Counted from the first letter of the stretch, positions 39,688 through 49,292 are shown. The stretch is 64,000 nucleotides of DNA from Desulforhopalus sp. (GCA_013139415.1 WTAT01000443.1:3087-67086); one strand, 5' to 3'. Notes: generated by a model not told the origin, from the sequence alone. Numbers and translations: made by a program.

Positions 39688-40560
39688 TCATATTTTGGCA
39701 ACATCGAGGATTTCGGGCAATTTGTGTTCCCACCCCAGTGTCTGTATTAGAACGCCTTGGGTATTCTCTTTTAATGCCAGAATGCTTTCACCAGCAATTT
39801 TAATACCTTCCTGTTCCCTGTTGGAGGATTTACGGATACGCCGTATCAGGTCGTTACTTATACCTGCACCTGGATCGCTGTTGCTAATATATTGAGCAAT
39901 TGCCAGTGATTTGAGGAGAAAAACCGTCGCGATGACCGGTACTCCAAGTTCGTTTACTCTGGAAAGAAGATCGGTGCTGCCTGCCACATCAAAAATTGGA
40001 GGAATAATAACGTAATTCGCACCAGCTTTGACTTTTTCCTGAGCTGCGAGCAGGGCGGCGTCTCTACCTTTGTCATCAGCAAAAGGGGTTAGTGTGCAAC
40101 CGATTGAAAAGTCAGGGGCACCATCCAGATCAAAACCACTCATATCTTTCCCTGTCTGCAGGGTCATGAGAGCTTCTATAAGTTGAACTTCAGTAAGATC
40201 GTTTACAGATGTGGCATCACTATGATCGCTTTCGCTCATATCTTCACTATCAGCCACAACGATGTTCTGAATGCCGAGAACGTGGGCAGCAAGAGCATCT
40301 CCCTGTAATGCCATTCTGTTACGGTCCCGACAATACATGTGCATGATAGTTTCAACACCCTGCTGCTGTAGTAAAACACCACCAGCCAGCGCGCTCATCC
40401 GCATGATCCCGTTATCCATATCGGGTACAACAACTGCATCAACCCTTCCCTTAAGACGGCGAGCATCATTGACCAATCTGGAAATATTAATTCCCTTCGG
40501 GGTGTGCATTTCGGCCAATACTGCGAATTCTTTTGCCGTTAATCGTTTTTGAAAACTCAT
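39688..40560 (-). CDS. divergent second MetF-like protein
   Basis: MRMSALA and CRDRNRMALQG kept; LSGDH and QTQ motifs replaced by DSED and IPP. Confidence 0.8.
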   Translation of the reverse strand: MSFQKRLTAKEFAVLAEMHTPKGINISRLVNDARRLKGRVDAVVVPDMDNGIMRMSALAGGVLLQQQGVETIMHMYCRDRNRMALQGDALAAHVLGIQNIVVADSEDMSESDHSDATSVNDLTEVQLIEALMTLQTGKDMSGFDLDGAPDFSIGCTLTPFADDKGRDAALLAAQEKVKAGANYVIIPPIFDVAGSTDLLSRVNELGVPVIATVFLLKSLAIAQYISNSDPGAGISNDLIRRIRKSSNREQEGIKIAGESILALKENTQGVLIQTLGWEHKLPEILDVAKI

Positions 40561-40639
40561 AGGCTTATTATCCCTCCTAATCAGAGCAAACCAATTTATT
40601 TTTGTCCCTGGATACGTTTTATATCTTTATTTTATATCG

Positions 40640-41962
40640 TTAGTACAGGGAACTTTCCGGGTGAAAAACGTCTACATCTTTCAGGTCGTCTCCGAGGTAA
40701 GCCCGTTCGTTGGGACCGAGGATTCCAAGAGACAGGCAGATCAGTGTCCAGACGTGAACGGTACCATAGGCGCCACCAAAATGATGACCGATATCGTGTA
40801 CCTGTGCATGACAGTTGTGGCAACCTGTGATGCAATAATCTGCACCGGTTTCGATAATTTGGTCGAATTTAACTTTGCCGTAGGTTCGGCGTTCTTCAGT
40901 GAACCCAGATTGCAGGAACCCTCCGCCGCCACCGCAGCAATAGTTGTTTGACTTGTTCGGGGTCATCTCGATGACATTTTCTTCCCCGACCACTGATTTT
41001 ATGACGAATCTCAGGTCATCAGCGATAATGTCGCCTTCGCCTTTGCGGACAATCTGACAGGGATCCTGAATGGTGAACTTGACTTTCCGGTCCTTGTTCC
41101 AGTCAGAATTGACTTTAAGCCGTCCTTCCCTGATCCACTTTGCGTAGTAGGTATAGATGGAAGCAACTTCAAATTTATGATCGATATTGAATTTTTTCAG
41201 TCCAGCCCGGACTGAGAATGTTATGTGTCCTCACTCCGTGTTGAGAAAGACCTTACAGCCAAGTTCATCGGCTTGATTAGCCGATACCCTCGTCACCCTT
41301 TCCCAGCAGTCGTTGTCTGCCAGAAACATGCAGTAATTTTCGGCAGCCCAACCTTTGCTGCCATATGTCCAATCGACACCGGCAAGGTTGAGGATTTTCC
41401 AGAGCGGAACCATTTCGTCAGGTTCAGTCACCGGCTCACGTGAATTTTGATTGAGGAAAAAGAAGGCACCGGGTTTATCGATGGGTGCTTCCATGTCTTT
41501 GAATTCCGGTTGGGATTCTTTGTATTCTTCGAGTACGTCTTCGACGACAAAGATAAAATCATCCGGTGCTGTGCCCATGGCGCTGTTGGAATCATTTCTA
41601 AGGGCCATGTCACATGATTTCATGATACCCGAAGGTCGTTCTTCACGGGGCCATTCTGCCCTGGCGTTAAAGACGAGCTGGGGAATATCAATTTTCATCG
41701 GACAGACATAGACACAACGCTGACACATTGTGCACATCCATACCCATGGATGCGTGGTCACCTCTTTGTCCATTCCCATGGCGCACATGCGCAGGAATTT
41801 TCGTGGATCCATATCTGCTAATCCTGTAGCAGGGCAGCCTGAAGCACAAGCCCCACAGGTAAGACAGAGGTTCAGATTTCCACCGTCCGGGATGATCTCC
41901 TTTACCTTGTCAAGAAAGGAGCTCTGCTTTTTTCCTTTGATTTTGATGGTGCTTTCTGACAT
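40640..41962 (-). CDS. HdrD/DsrK-like (Fe-S + CCG) oxidoreductase, predicted selenoprotein (UGA at 41233-41231)
   Basis: ORFs 41231-41962 and 40640-40993 share a frame with no other stop between them; NTE-U-GH, QDPCQ, YCCGGGGG, GCHNC; 440 aa. Confidence 0.88.
41190..41230 (-). promoter_or_regulatory. bacterial SECIS-like hairpin
   Basis: TCAGTCC-GGGCT-GGACTGA; stem begins 15 nt and G-led loop 22 nt after the UGA. Confidence 0.75.
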
Positions 41963-43052
41963 TGAGTTATTCCTTTTTTCCTATCCAGTTACACATTGTC
42001 GGTGATGCAGCAAAACGCCTCGCTAACACTCTTCGACTGTGGTTTGAGAATGATTTTTGCCAGTAATTTTACTGAAAACCTCCTTGTTTGGCGTTTGTTT
42101 TCTGGCGGAGTTGTATTATGAGTGCTGTTTTATAAAAGATCTCAAAGTATTTGTGAGCATTTCGTATTAATGAAAAACACTATGACCTCTCTGAAGCTGC
42201 CTGGGCACATAAATCTAATCCTGTCAGGTCTACTAATGTGGCCTACTAATGTGGCAAAAGAGAAGTCGAAACTATTTTTATGAATCCAGGTTACAGGAGA
42301 TCTATACATTGCAATTTCATATAAATTGAGTGAACCGACCAGTGTGATACAATTTAGGCGAAAAGCTTTTATTTTACGGGAAAAGAACATTGAAATACTG
42401 AGAGATAAAATGGCGTAAAAGAGGGCTAGGGTAAAAAAAATGCGACGAAAGATCGAGCGATCAGTCAGAAGAGTGCATACACCTTTTAGAAACAAGGTTA
42501 TAGTAGGTAAACTCAGATGCTTCATACTTCTCATGCTCTCCGATCAGTCAAGTGAAATGCGATAGCAAGCAAACGGTCTACCTGGACCAGTTGCTTACCG
42601 TTTAATCCCCACTTGCAAAACTCCAGCAGGCAACGAATCTACAAATAGGCAAATTAAAAGTCAATCCTTATGGAATGGACTGAAAGTTCGTAAAGGATCG
42701 TTGATTTTGGGAGATCATGAAAAAGACAGTTAGCCGTTGTCCTGTAACCTTTATCCATCAGGGGGTACAGCGTTTGTATGGACTTTTGTAGTAGCTGTTA
42801 ATAGTTGTTAATATTCGTTTATCAATAATAGTTTGGTCAATGTTGAGAAAATTTGAAGAGCAAAAAGATGGTCGAAAATATTTCTTTTAGGTGGTACTTC
42901 TTACTTAATTAAAAGTGGCGTCATCGTTTGAGAGCATCTTCTCGTTTTTGTTGTAATATTTCTAAAAAAATAACGACTGATGCTGAAATCTGACAAATTG
43001 CTCCTATCGCTTCGTATTAATAGGGTAAATTTAATGAAATTTGAGGATTGAC

Positions 43053-43895
43053 ATGGACTATAATCCCTTCACCGGTTCATCAAGATATGTTCTGGATCAG
43101 GAACTGGCAAAAATTGTTAATATTTCAATGGTACTTGAAATGCCATTATTATTGAAAGGTGAGCCGGGCACCGGAAAAACCATGCTTGCCCATGCGATCG
43201 CCGAAACCCTGAGGATGCAGCTTATTATCCTCAACGTGAAATCGAGTATGAAACTTGTCGAGGCATTGTACCAGTATGATACCTTGACGCGTCTCAATGA
43301 TAGCCGATTCGGAGACTCCAGCAAAGATGTAAGTAATATCAATGAGTATATTAGAATGGGTAAAATTGGTCAGGCATTTACCTCGAATAATCGATGTATC
43401 TTGCTGATCGATGAGATTGACAAGGCCGAGACGGAATTTCAGGATGATATGCTTGATGTGCTTGACCAGATGCAGTTTGATATCATTGAAACAGATGAAA
43501 CAGTAAAGGCGCAACAAAGGCCCGTGATTATTATTACCTCCAATGCCAAAAAGGATCTCTCGGATCCCTTTCTCGGCAGGTGCAATTTCCATCATATTGC
43601 CTTTCCTGATCCCAAAATGATGCGAAACATCATAGCTGTGCACTTTTCTGAAATAGATAAAAAACTTGCCGAAAATGCGATCAATACTTTCTATGATCTG
43701 AGAAATATAGAAGGCGTTGAGAAAAAACCAGCCACCAGAGAACTAATAAACTGGATACGCGCGTTGGCGGCTGATCCTGATTTTCGGGATGGTGACCGGC
43801 TGAAAAAAGAGGTGCCTTATCTTGGGGTTCTCTTCAAAAAAAGCGGCGATTATCAGAGATCATCGAGCAGTCTATTAAAAAAGCGGTTTTTCTGA
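43053..43895 (+). CDS. MoxR family AAA+ ATPase (CoxD-like)
   Basis: LLKGEPGTGKT, LLIDEIDKA, ITSN, ATRELINW. Confidence 0.9.
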   Translation: MDYNPFTGSSRYVLDQELAKIVNISMVLEMPLLLKGEPGTGKTMLAHAIAETLRMQLIILNVKSSMKLVEALYQYDTLTRLNDSRFGDSSKDVSNINEYIRMGKIGQAFTSNNRCILLIDEIDKAETEFQDDMLDVLDQMQFDIIETDETVKAQQRPVIIITSNAKKDLSDPFLGRCNFHHIAFPDPKMMRNIIAVHFSEIDKKLAENAINTFYDLRNIEGVEKKPATRELINWIRALAADPDFRDGDRLKKEVPYLGVLFKKSGDYQRSSSSLLKKRFF

Positions 43896-43910
43896 TCCGG
43901 GTGTCTTGAA

Positions 43911-45101
43911 ATGTTCATTGAATTTTTTTATAAATTGCAAGATGTTGGCATATCGGTCAGCCCAACATCCTTTCTTACCTTACATAAAGCGATGGCCAGT
44001 GGACTGGTTAATTCAATCGATGACCTTTACACCGCAGCCAGAACTATTCTTGTAAAGAGTGAGAAGTATTTTGATCTTTACGATCAGGTTTTCGCCCACA
44101 TCTTTGACGGGGCTGAGTTGCCTGATGTAGACGAAATGGCTTTGGATCTGCTGGCGCAGAGCATGTTGCATGAATGGTTAAAGGATCCAAAATCTCTTGC
44201 AGACGCTTTAGGGGTAGATGAGAAAAAGTTAAATGAAATGACACCTGAAGAGTTGCTTGATTATTTTAAACAGCGGCTGAAGGATCAGGAAGGCAGACAT
44301 GACGGTGGCTCCAAATGGATCGGTACCGGTGGGACCTCCCCTGTTGGTCATTCGGGGGTTCACCCCGGGGGCTTGAGAGTGGGCGGTGGTTCCAGAAACA
44401 GGTCTGCAATTAAAGTTGCTAATGAACGGCGTTATAAAGAGTATTCTGTCCATGGCATTTTGACAAAAAACTCAATAGGTGAAGCCCTGAAAAGGTTGCG
44501 TAATCTTGTTCCCCAAGGGGCGAAAGACCAACTGAATATCGATGCTACAATTCACCAGACGATAAGGAACGGTGGTGAAATCGAACTGGTCTTTGAGCGG
44601 GGGATTGTTGATCGTTTGAAGATTGTCCTGGCTATAGACAATGGTGGCTGGTCTATGGAACCCCATGTGGATCTCGTCCAGACTCTGTTCAGTTATTCAA
44701 AGACTCAATTTAAAGATATAAAAACGTATTTTTTTCACAATACCATATACGATCTTCTCTGGGAGGATCCAGCCAGATATAAGCAAGCTGTCCAAATAAA
44801 AGATTTCGATAAATTTGATCCAGATACCAGATTGATCATAGTAGGGGATGCAAGCATGGCACCTTACGAACTCATGTCCACCGATGGCTCAATCTATGCT
44901 TTTGAAAGGAGCGGTCGGCCATCAATTGAACAACTGAAATTTCTGGCCGGATATTTTCCACGAGCTATCTGGCTCAATCCAATTCCCGCCAATCACTGGC
45001 AGTACACACATTCTATTAATGTAATCCGAGCTGTTTTTCCCATGTTTGAGTTATCTCTGGATGGTCTGGAAAAAGCTGTACAGTATCTTATGAGCCGGTA
45101 G
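43911..45101 (+). CDS. VWA-domain (CoxE-like) partner protein
   Basis: GGSKWIGTGGTSP, DNGGWSM (MIDAS-like), FFHN, GDASMAPYEL, WLNP. Confidence 0.85.
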   Translation: MFIEFFYKLQDVGISVSPTSFLTLHKAMASGLVNSIDDLYTAARTILVKSEKYFDLYDQVFAHIFDGAELPDVDEMALDLLAQSMLHEWLKDPKSLADALGVDEKKLNEMTPEELLDYFKQRLKDQEGRHDGGSKWIGTGGTSPVGHSGVHPGGLRVGGGSRNRSAIKVANERRYKEYSVHGILTKNSIGEALKRLRNLVPQGAKDQLNIDATIHQTIRNGGEIELVFERGIVDRLKIVLAIDNGGWSMEPHVDLVQTLFSYSKTQFKDIKTYFFHNTIYDLLWEDPARYKQAVQIKDFDKFDPDTRLIIVGDASMAPYELMSTDGSIYAFERSGRPSIEQLKFLAGYFPRAIWLNPIPANHWQYTHSINVIRAVFPMFELSLDGLEKAVQYLMSR

Positions 45102-45194
45102 TTCTCGTTTGATCCTTATTGCCTGTAGGGCAAGAGCAACAGAATTTTTAAAAGGGTGACATTTACAATTTCAGAATTACTTTCTCCGTGGTGT

Positions 45195-45258
45195 CAGTAA
45201 CTTAAAAATTATTTTTTTGTTTTTTTTACCCCTTAAGGGGTGATTTTTTCTACGGGGT
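45195..45258. repeat. degenerate family A-related repeat
   Basis: TACCCCTTAAGGGGTG palindrome with flanks resembling the reverse complement of 18592-18649. Confidence 0.5.
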
Positions 45259-45302
45259 TTTCAAAAACTCAATTTTAAAAGATTTAAGAAAGGTACCAGC
45301 CT

Positions 45303-46370
45303 ATGTCCCAGTTTTTACCCAATTGTCTTCCACTTCTGATCGGTAGTTTACCCCTTGAAAACCATGAAGAAGCGACTGAACTGATTTTTGAATATACTCC
45401 CCAGATTCCCTTGTGGCCACAATTGCCAGTGTATAAGGAAGAGGGGATGATACTTCAGTTTGTTCCTGGTTTGCCCGGTCTCACCACAGCAAATGGGAAA
45501 ATATTTATCGATACGGACAGTCCTTCGTTTGAGACGGAGTTACTCGCATTTTATGAAGAGTATCTCATGGTCACAGAAGGGGGAGCACCACTCTCTGAAT
45601 CCCGCTTCTTGCTCACTCCAGATGTTGCCAAAGGATTTTATACCTTTCTGGCTGAGGCCGAAAAGGGAACGGACCAGCTGATCGGCCTTAAAGGGCAGAC
45701 AACCGGACCAATCACCTTTTGTACCGGCTTAGTTGATCAGGCTGGGAGGGCCATTTTTTATAATGATCAGCTTCGCGATGCTGCAATAAAACACCTGGCC
45801 ATGAAGGCCAGATGGCAGACCCAAAAAATGGTCGAAGTTGGTGGGCAGTCGATAATGTTTTTTGACGAGCCGGGCCTGGCTGGACTCGGCTCATCGGCAT
45901 TTATCACCATTACTCCTGAAGATATTATCGCTTGTTTTCATGAGGTTTTTGAAGCTGTTCGAGCGGAAAAAGGCCTTAATGGTGTCCATGTCTGTGCAAA
46001 CACCGAATGGCCGGTTCTTTTTGAGTCCGGCGTCGATATCATTAGTTACGATGCCTATTCCTATTTTGATAAATTGATTCTGTATTCCGATCATCTGGTA
46101 GAGTTTTTCTCTCGCGGCGGGATTCTTGCTACTGGTATTGTTCCGACGACACCCGAATTCATAGACATTGAAACGGTGGATTCGCTGGTGGAAAAATGGT
46201 TCAAACAATCTCGCCAGTTGCAGGCGATTGGAGTTGATGCAAAAACGGTTTATCAACAGACCTTGATTACTCCGAGTTGTGGGACCGGCACAGTTTCTGT
46301 CGATCAGGCGCGGAAGGTACTGGAATTGACAAAAGGTGTTTCTGAGCAGATCCGAGCTTCGTTTTCTTGA
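45303..46370 (+). CDS. single-domain (core) cobalamin-independent methionine synthase-like protein
   Basis: IGSLP, WPQLP, KGQTTGP, FDEP, GVHVC, ISYD, TPSCG; only the MetE C-terminal barrel. Confidence 0.75.
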   Translation: MSQFLPNCLPLLIGSLPLENHEEATELIFEYTPQIPLWPQLPVYKEEGMILQFVPGLPGLTTANGKIFIDTDSPSFETELLAFYEEYLMVTEGGAPLSESRFLLTPDVAKGFYTFLAEAEKGTDQLIGLKGQTTGPITFCTGLVDQAGRAIFYNDQLRDAAIKHLAMKARWQTQKMVEVGGQSIMFFDEPGLAGLGSSAFITITPEDIIACFHEVFEAVRAEKGLNGVHVCANTEWPVLFESGVDIISYDAYSYFDKLILYSDHLVEFFSRGGILATGIVPTTPEFIDIETVDSLVEKWFKQSRQLQAIGVDAKTVYQQTLITPSCGTGTVSVDQARKVLELTKGVSEQIRASFS

Positions 46371-46392
46371 TCCGTTAGTGGACTGGCAAGGT

Positions 46393-46719
46393 CTATGATT
46401 TCGGATTTTTGGTACTTTGCCATGTCTTCACAGGCTGATAAGTTTTTATCAGCCGTTTTTTACTGGCAAGAGTCAGCTTCTTGATCTGACCTTCTCTCCG
46501 GGTTGCTATCGATCTGGATGCTGCTTTCTCAAAGTAAACCAGCTCAACAGGACGCCGCGATCGGGTATATCGTGCACCCTTTTTATGCGAGTTATGTTCA
46601 TCGATCCTTCGTGGGAGATCTGTGGTGATACCTGTATAGTAGGAATTATCCTTACAGCAGACGATATAGACATGCCAGGTCGGTGAAGGTTCATTGTTAA
46701 GTGTCTGTTCTTCTTTCAT
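46393..46719 (-). CDS. GIY-YIG nuclease family protein (UPF0213-like)
   Basis: WHVYIV..YYTGITTD..RR..EHN..GARYTR..RE.QIKKL. Confidence 0.88.
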   Translation of the reverse strand: MKEEQTLNNEPSPTWHVYIVCCKDNSYYTGITTDLPRRIDEHNSHKKGARYTRSRRPVELVYFEKAASRSIATRREGQIKKLTLASKKRLIKTYQPVKTWQSTKNPKS

Positions 46720-46877
46720 TGGAATTTTAGGAGTATGTGCAGCCAGGCCGAAGTTAAGGTGATTTATAGAAGAGTATGATCTGTTTTGTCCCATCTTGCA
46801 AAATCGAATCGCAGATGGTATTCAGGTCCCTTCGAGTTGTCCATAGTTGAATAGTCAATTTTTAGGATAAATGACAC

Positions 46878-47668
46878 ATGAATCAGCAAGATGATAATGG
46901 AAGTTTACAGAGGCAGGCGCTTACCGAACACCTTAGGGAGCTACGTTCCTGCCTGATCATTTCGTTCGTCGCTATTTTTATCGGTTTTTGTCTCTCTTAT
47001 ACTGTTATCCGTCCAATTGGAACCTGGTTTTTCAAACCGCTTACCGAAGTTCTCCCCGAGGGAACATCTCTTATCTTCATATCATACCAGGAAGGGTTTT
47101 TTTTTATCTAAAGCTCGCGCTGGTCTGCGGGTTATTGCTGGCGTGTCCGATAATTTTTGTACAAATCTGGCGATTTGTAGCACCCGGCTTGTATAGCCAT
47201 GAAAAACGAGTGGTTGTCCCATTTTCGGTTCTTTCGTCAATATGTTTCATTGGCGGTGCTGCTTTTGGTTATTTTGTCGTTTTTCCTCCTGCGTTTCGGT
47301 TTCTGGTTGGCTATAACAACGAATTTTTGACCTCCATGCCGGCGGTGAGTGAGTATTTTTCTCTTGCCATCAGGCTGCTCCTTGCATTCGGAGTCATCTT
47401 TGAGATGCCGATATTTATGGTCTTTCTGTCCAAAGTCGGTCTGGTCGATGTCGGTTTTTTGAACCGAAACCGAAAATACGCAATTCTTATCAATTTTATT
47501 ATTGCTGCTATCCTTACCCCAACACCTGATATAGTTAATCAGCTGATGATGGGTATTCCTCTGGTCATCCTTTATGAAATTAGTGTTCTGGCCGTCTGGG
47601 CATTTGGTAAAAAGGGGTTTTCCGGATTTGGAGATTCGTCCCCACCTACTGAAAACATGTTGGAATAA
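46878..47668 (+). CDS. tatC: twin-arginine translocase TatC, split by a frameshift at T9 (47097-47105)
   Basis: LTEHLRELR in one frame; YLKL..QIWRFVAPGLYSHEK, FEMP, AILTPTPD, LYEIS in the next. Confidence 0.85.
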
Positions 47669-47724
47669 AAGAATTTCCTTGCTGGATTTCTTGTTCAGGG
47701 TGCATTATAAATGAGAGATGTTTT

Positions 47725-47780
47725 TGATAGGTTTTCAGGAGTACTCAGTTTAGTGCCCCCTTGAGGGGTAAGGCCCTAAA
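47725..47780. repeat. family A right end carrying a 27-bp module insertion
   Basis: TGATAGGTTTTCAGGAGTA[CTCAGTTTAGTGCCCCCTTGAGGGGTA]AGGCCCTAA. Confidence 0.65.
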
Positions 47781-47830
47781 GAAAATATTTACAGTAAAAG
47801 ATCAATGGAAAAAACTTGTGGAGGTTTTTT

Positions 47831-49102
47831 ATGGGTACAAATGCAGATTTTGAAAAATTGATCCGGATTGGTAGACCCCCAAATATTTCTAAACGTTTTC
47901 CCAATTCTCAGGCGCTGATAGTGAGTGGTAAAGTTATTGACCAGGCCCTGGTTGCCAAGGGAAAGGCTATGACCATAGCTGCAAATGGTCGTAATAGCTT
48001 CGTCATTCGGGGGGCACTTATGGCCGCCCAGCGTGCTGACGCTGCACTGCTGATCGAAATTGCCCGCTCGGAATCGAATTATTGCCCGGTAAATTTTTAT
48101 AATATTGCCTTGCATGTCGATTACATATGCAATGAACTGGGCATAACTATCCCGGTTGCCATCCATGCCGACCATTACGGAATTAAAAGTGAAGCAGATA
48201 TACCGTTTGCCAAGATGGAAATTCCGTCTATGTTTGATGCGGGGATAACCTCAATAGCTGTTGATGCTTCCCATATGCCGGATGATAAAAATCTACTGGC
48301 TAACATCGAGCTTAGTGCCTGTATTCCAAAATGGGCAGGGCTTGAGACCGAAGTAGGGGAGATCAAAGGAGATCAGGGGCTCTCTACCGTTGATGATGCA
48401 TCGTTTCTCATTAAAGGCCTCAATGCCCATGGAATCTTTGCCGACTGGATTGCTTTAAACAACGGTTCCAGTCATGGGCTTGAGGCAAGTGGTCAGGGCA
48501 TTCAAGTTGAGCTGACCGCCCAAATCCATGAGGCTATTAAGCAATACGGTGTTTCTGGTGCCCAGCATGGTACCTCGGGAAACAACTCCGATAAGTTGAG
48601 AGCGATCACTGCCGGGACCAATACCACCAAAGCCAATGTTGCCACCGCCCTGCAGATGGTTTCATGGGGTGTTGAAGTTAACGATTTCGGCAATGCCATC
48701 CAGGATAGCGATGGGAACTTTATCAAGGTGGCAGGTCAGGGAGTTTCAGGGGAAATGTGGCAGCGGATGACCGCCTATGCCACTGAAAAAGGTTGGAAGG
48801 GTGGAAACTATAAAAATCTCAACCTGCCTTTTGAAAATTTGCTTCTTGCGCAGGAGAGAGCGGTTCGAGAGCGAATGAGTGACAGGGTGGAAGAGTTTGT
48901 CTACAACATGCTGACCAGGGTTTTTAATGCTGACGGCACAGCCACTCTGGCAAAAGAGCTGATTTTGAAAGCAGGCTCCTATGATCTGGGGTCAAAAGGA
49001 CAGCAGCTTGAAAATCAGGATGAGTGGACTAAAGAGCTGATCGTTGAAAGGGCCAAAACTTTGGATGTGGATAAGGGACCGGAAGGCGATTTCGATGATT
49101 GA
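47831..49102 (+). CDS. fba: class II fructose-bisphosphate aldolase family protein
   Basis: AIHADH, VDASH, ETEVGEI, NNGSSHG, AQHGTSG, KANVATA. Confidence 0.85.
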   Translation: MGTNADFEKLIRIGRPPNISKRFPNSQALIVSGKVIDQALVAKGKAMTIAANGRNSFVIRGALMAAQRADAALLIEIARSESNYCPVNFYNIALHVDYICNELGITIPVAIHADHYGIKSEADIPFAKMEIPSMFDAGITSIAVDASHMPDDKNLLANIELSACIPKWAGLETEVGEIKGDQGLSTVDDASFLIKGLNAHGIFADWIALNNGSSHGLEASGQGIQVELTAQIHEAIKQYGVSGAQHGTSGNNSDKLRAITAGTNTTKANVATALQMVSWGVEVNDFGNAIQDSDGNFIKVAGQGVSGEMWQRMTAYATEKGWKGGNYKNLNLPFENLLLAQERAVRERMSDRVEEFVYNMLTRVFNADGTATLAKELILKAGSYDLGSKGQQLENQDEWTKELIVERAKTLDVDKGPEGDFDD

Positions 49103-49292
49103 TGGTGTCGTAAAAATTCCTCATCCGAAGTCTTCGCTTATCTGCTTCGTTGTTGCAAATTTCACTATCATTATGACGTACCCTAGTACGCCGAAATAAT
49201 AGTGAAATTCACACGCCTCTACTATGAAGATTTTCGAAGTCTACGCTTATCTACTTAACCATCTCCAATTAGAGGTTTTTACGAGTTTGTCA
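49100..49292. mobile_element. MITE family B copy 2; its first bases form the fba stop codon
   Basis: TGATGGTGTCGTAAAAA / TTTTTACGAGTTTGTCA TIRs; 4-bp direct repeat TGAT (49096-99, 49293-96). Confidence 0.78.

Noticed and set aside
42040-42065. sigma54 promoter upstream of the Hdr-MetFV cluster
   Set aside because: TGGCA is present on the minus strand but there is no TTGC at the -12 spacing.
42142-42534. 130-aa ORF in the large intergenic region
   Set aside because: No recognisable motif; composition looks like translated AT-rich non-coding DNA and it spans a tandem duplication.
46393-46719. GIY-YIG gene as a homing endonuclease or mobile element
   Set aside because: Short stand-alone UPF0213-type protein with no intron, DNA-binding extension or flanking repeats.
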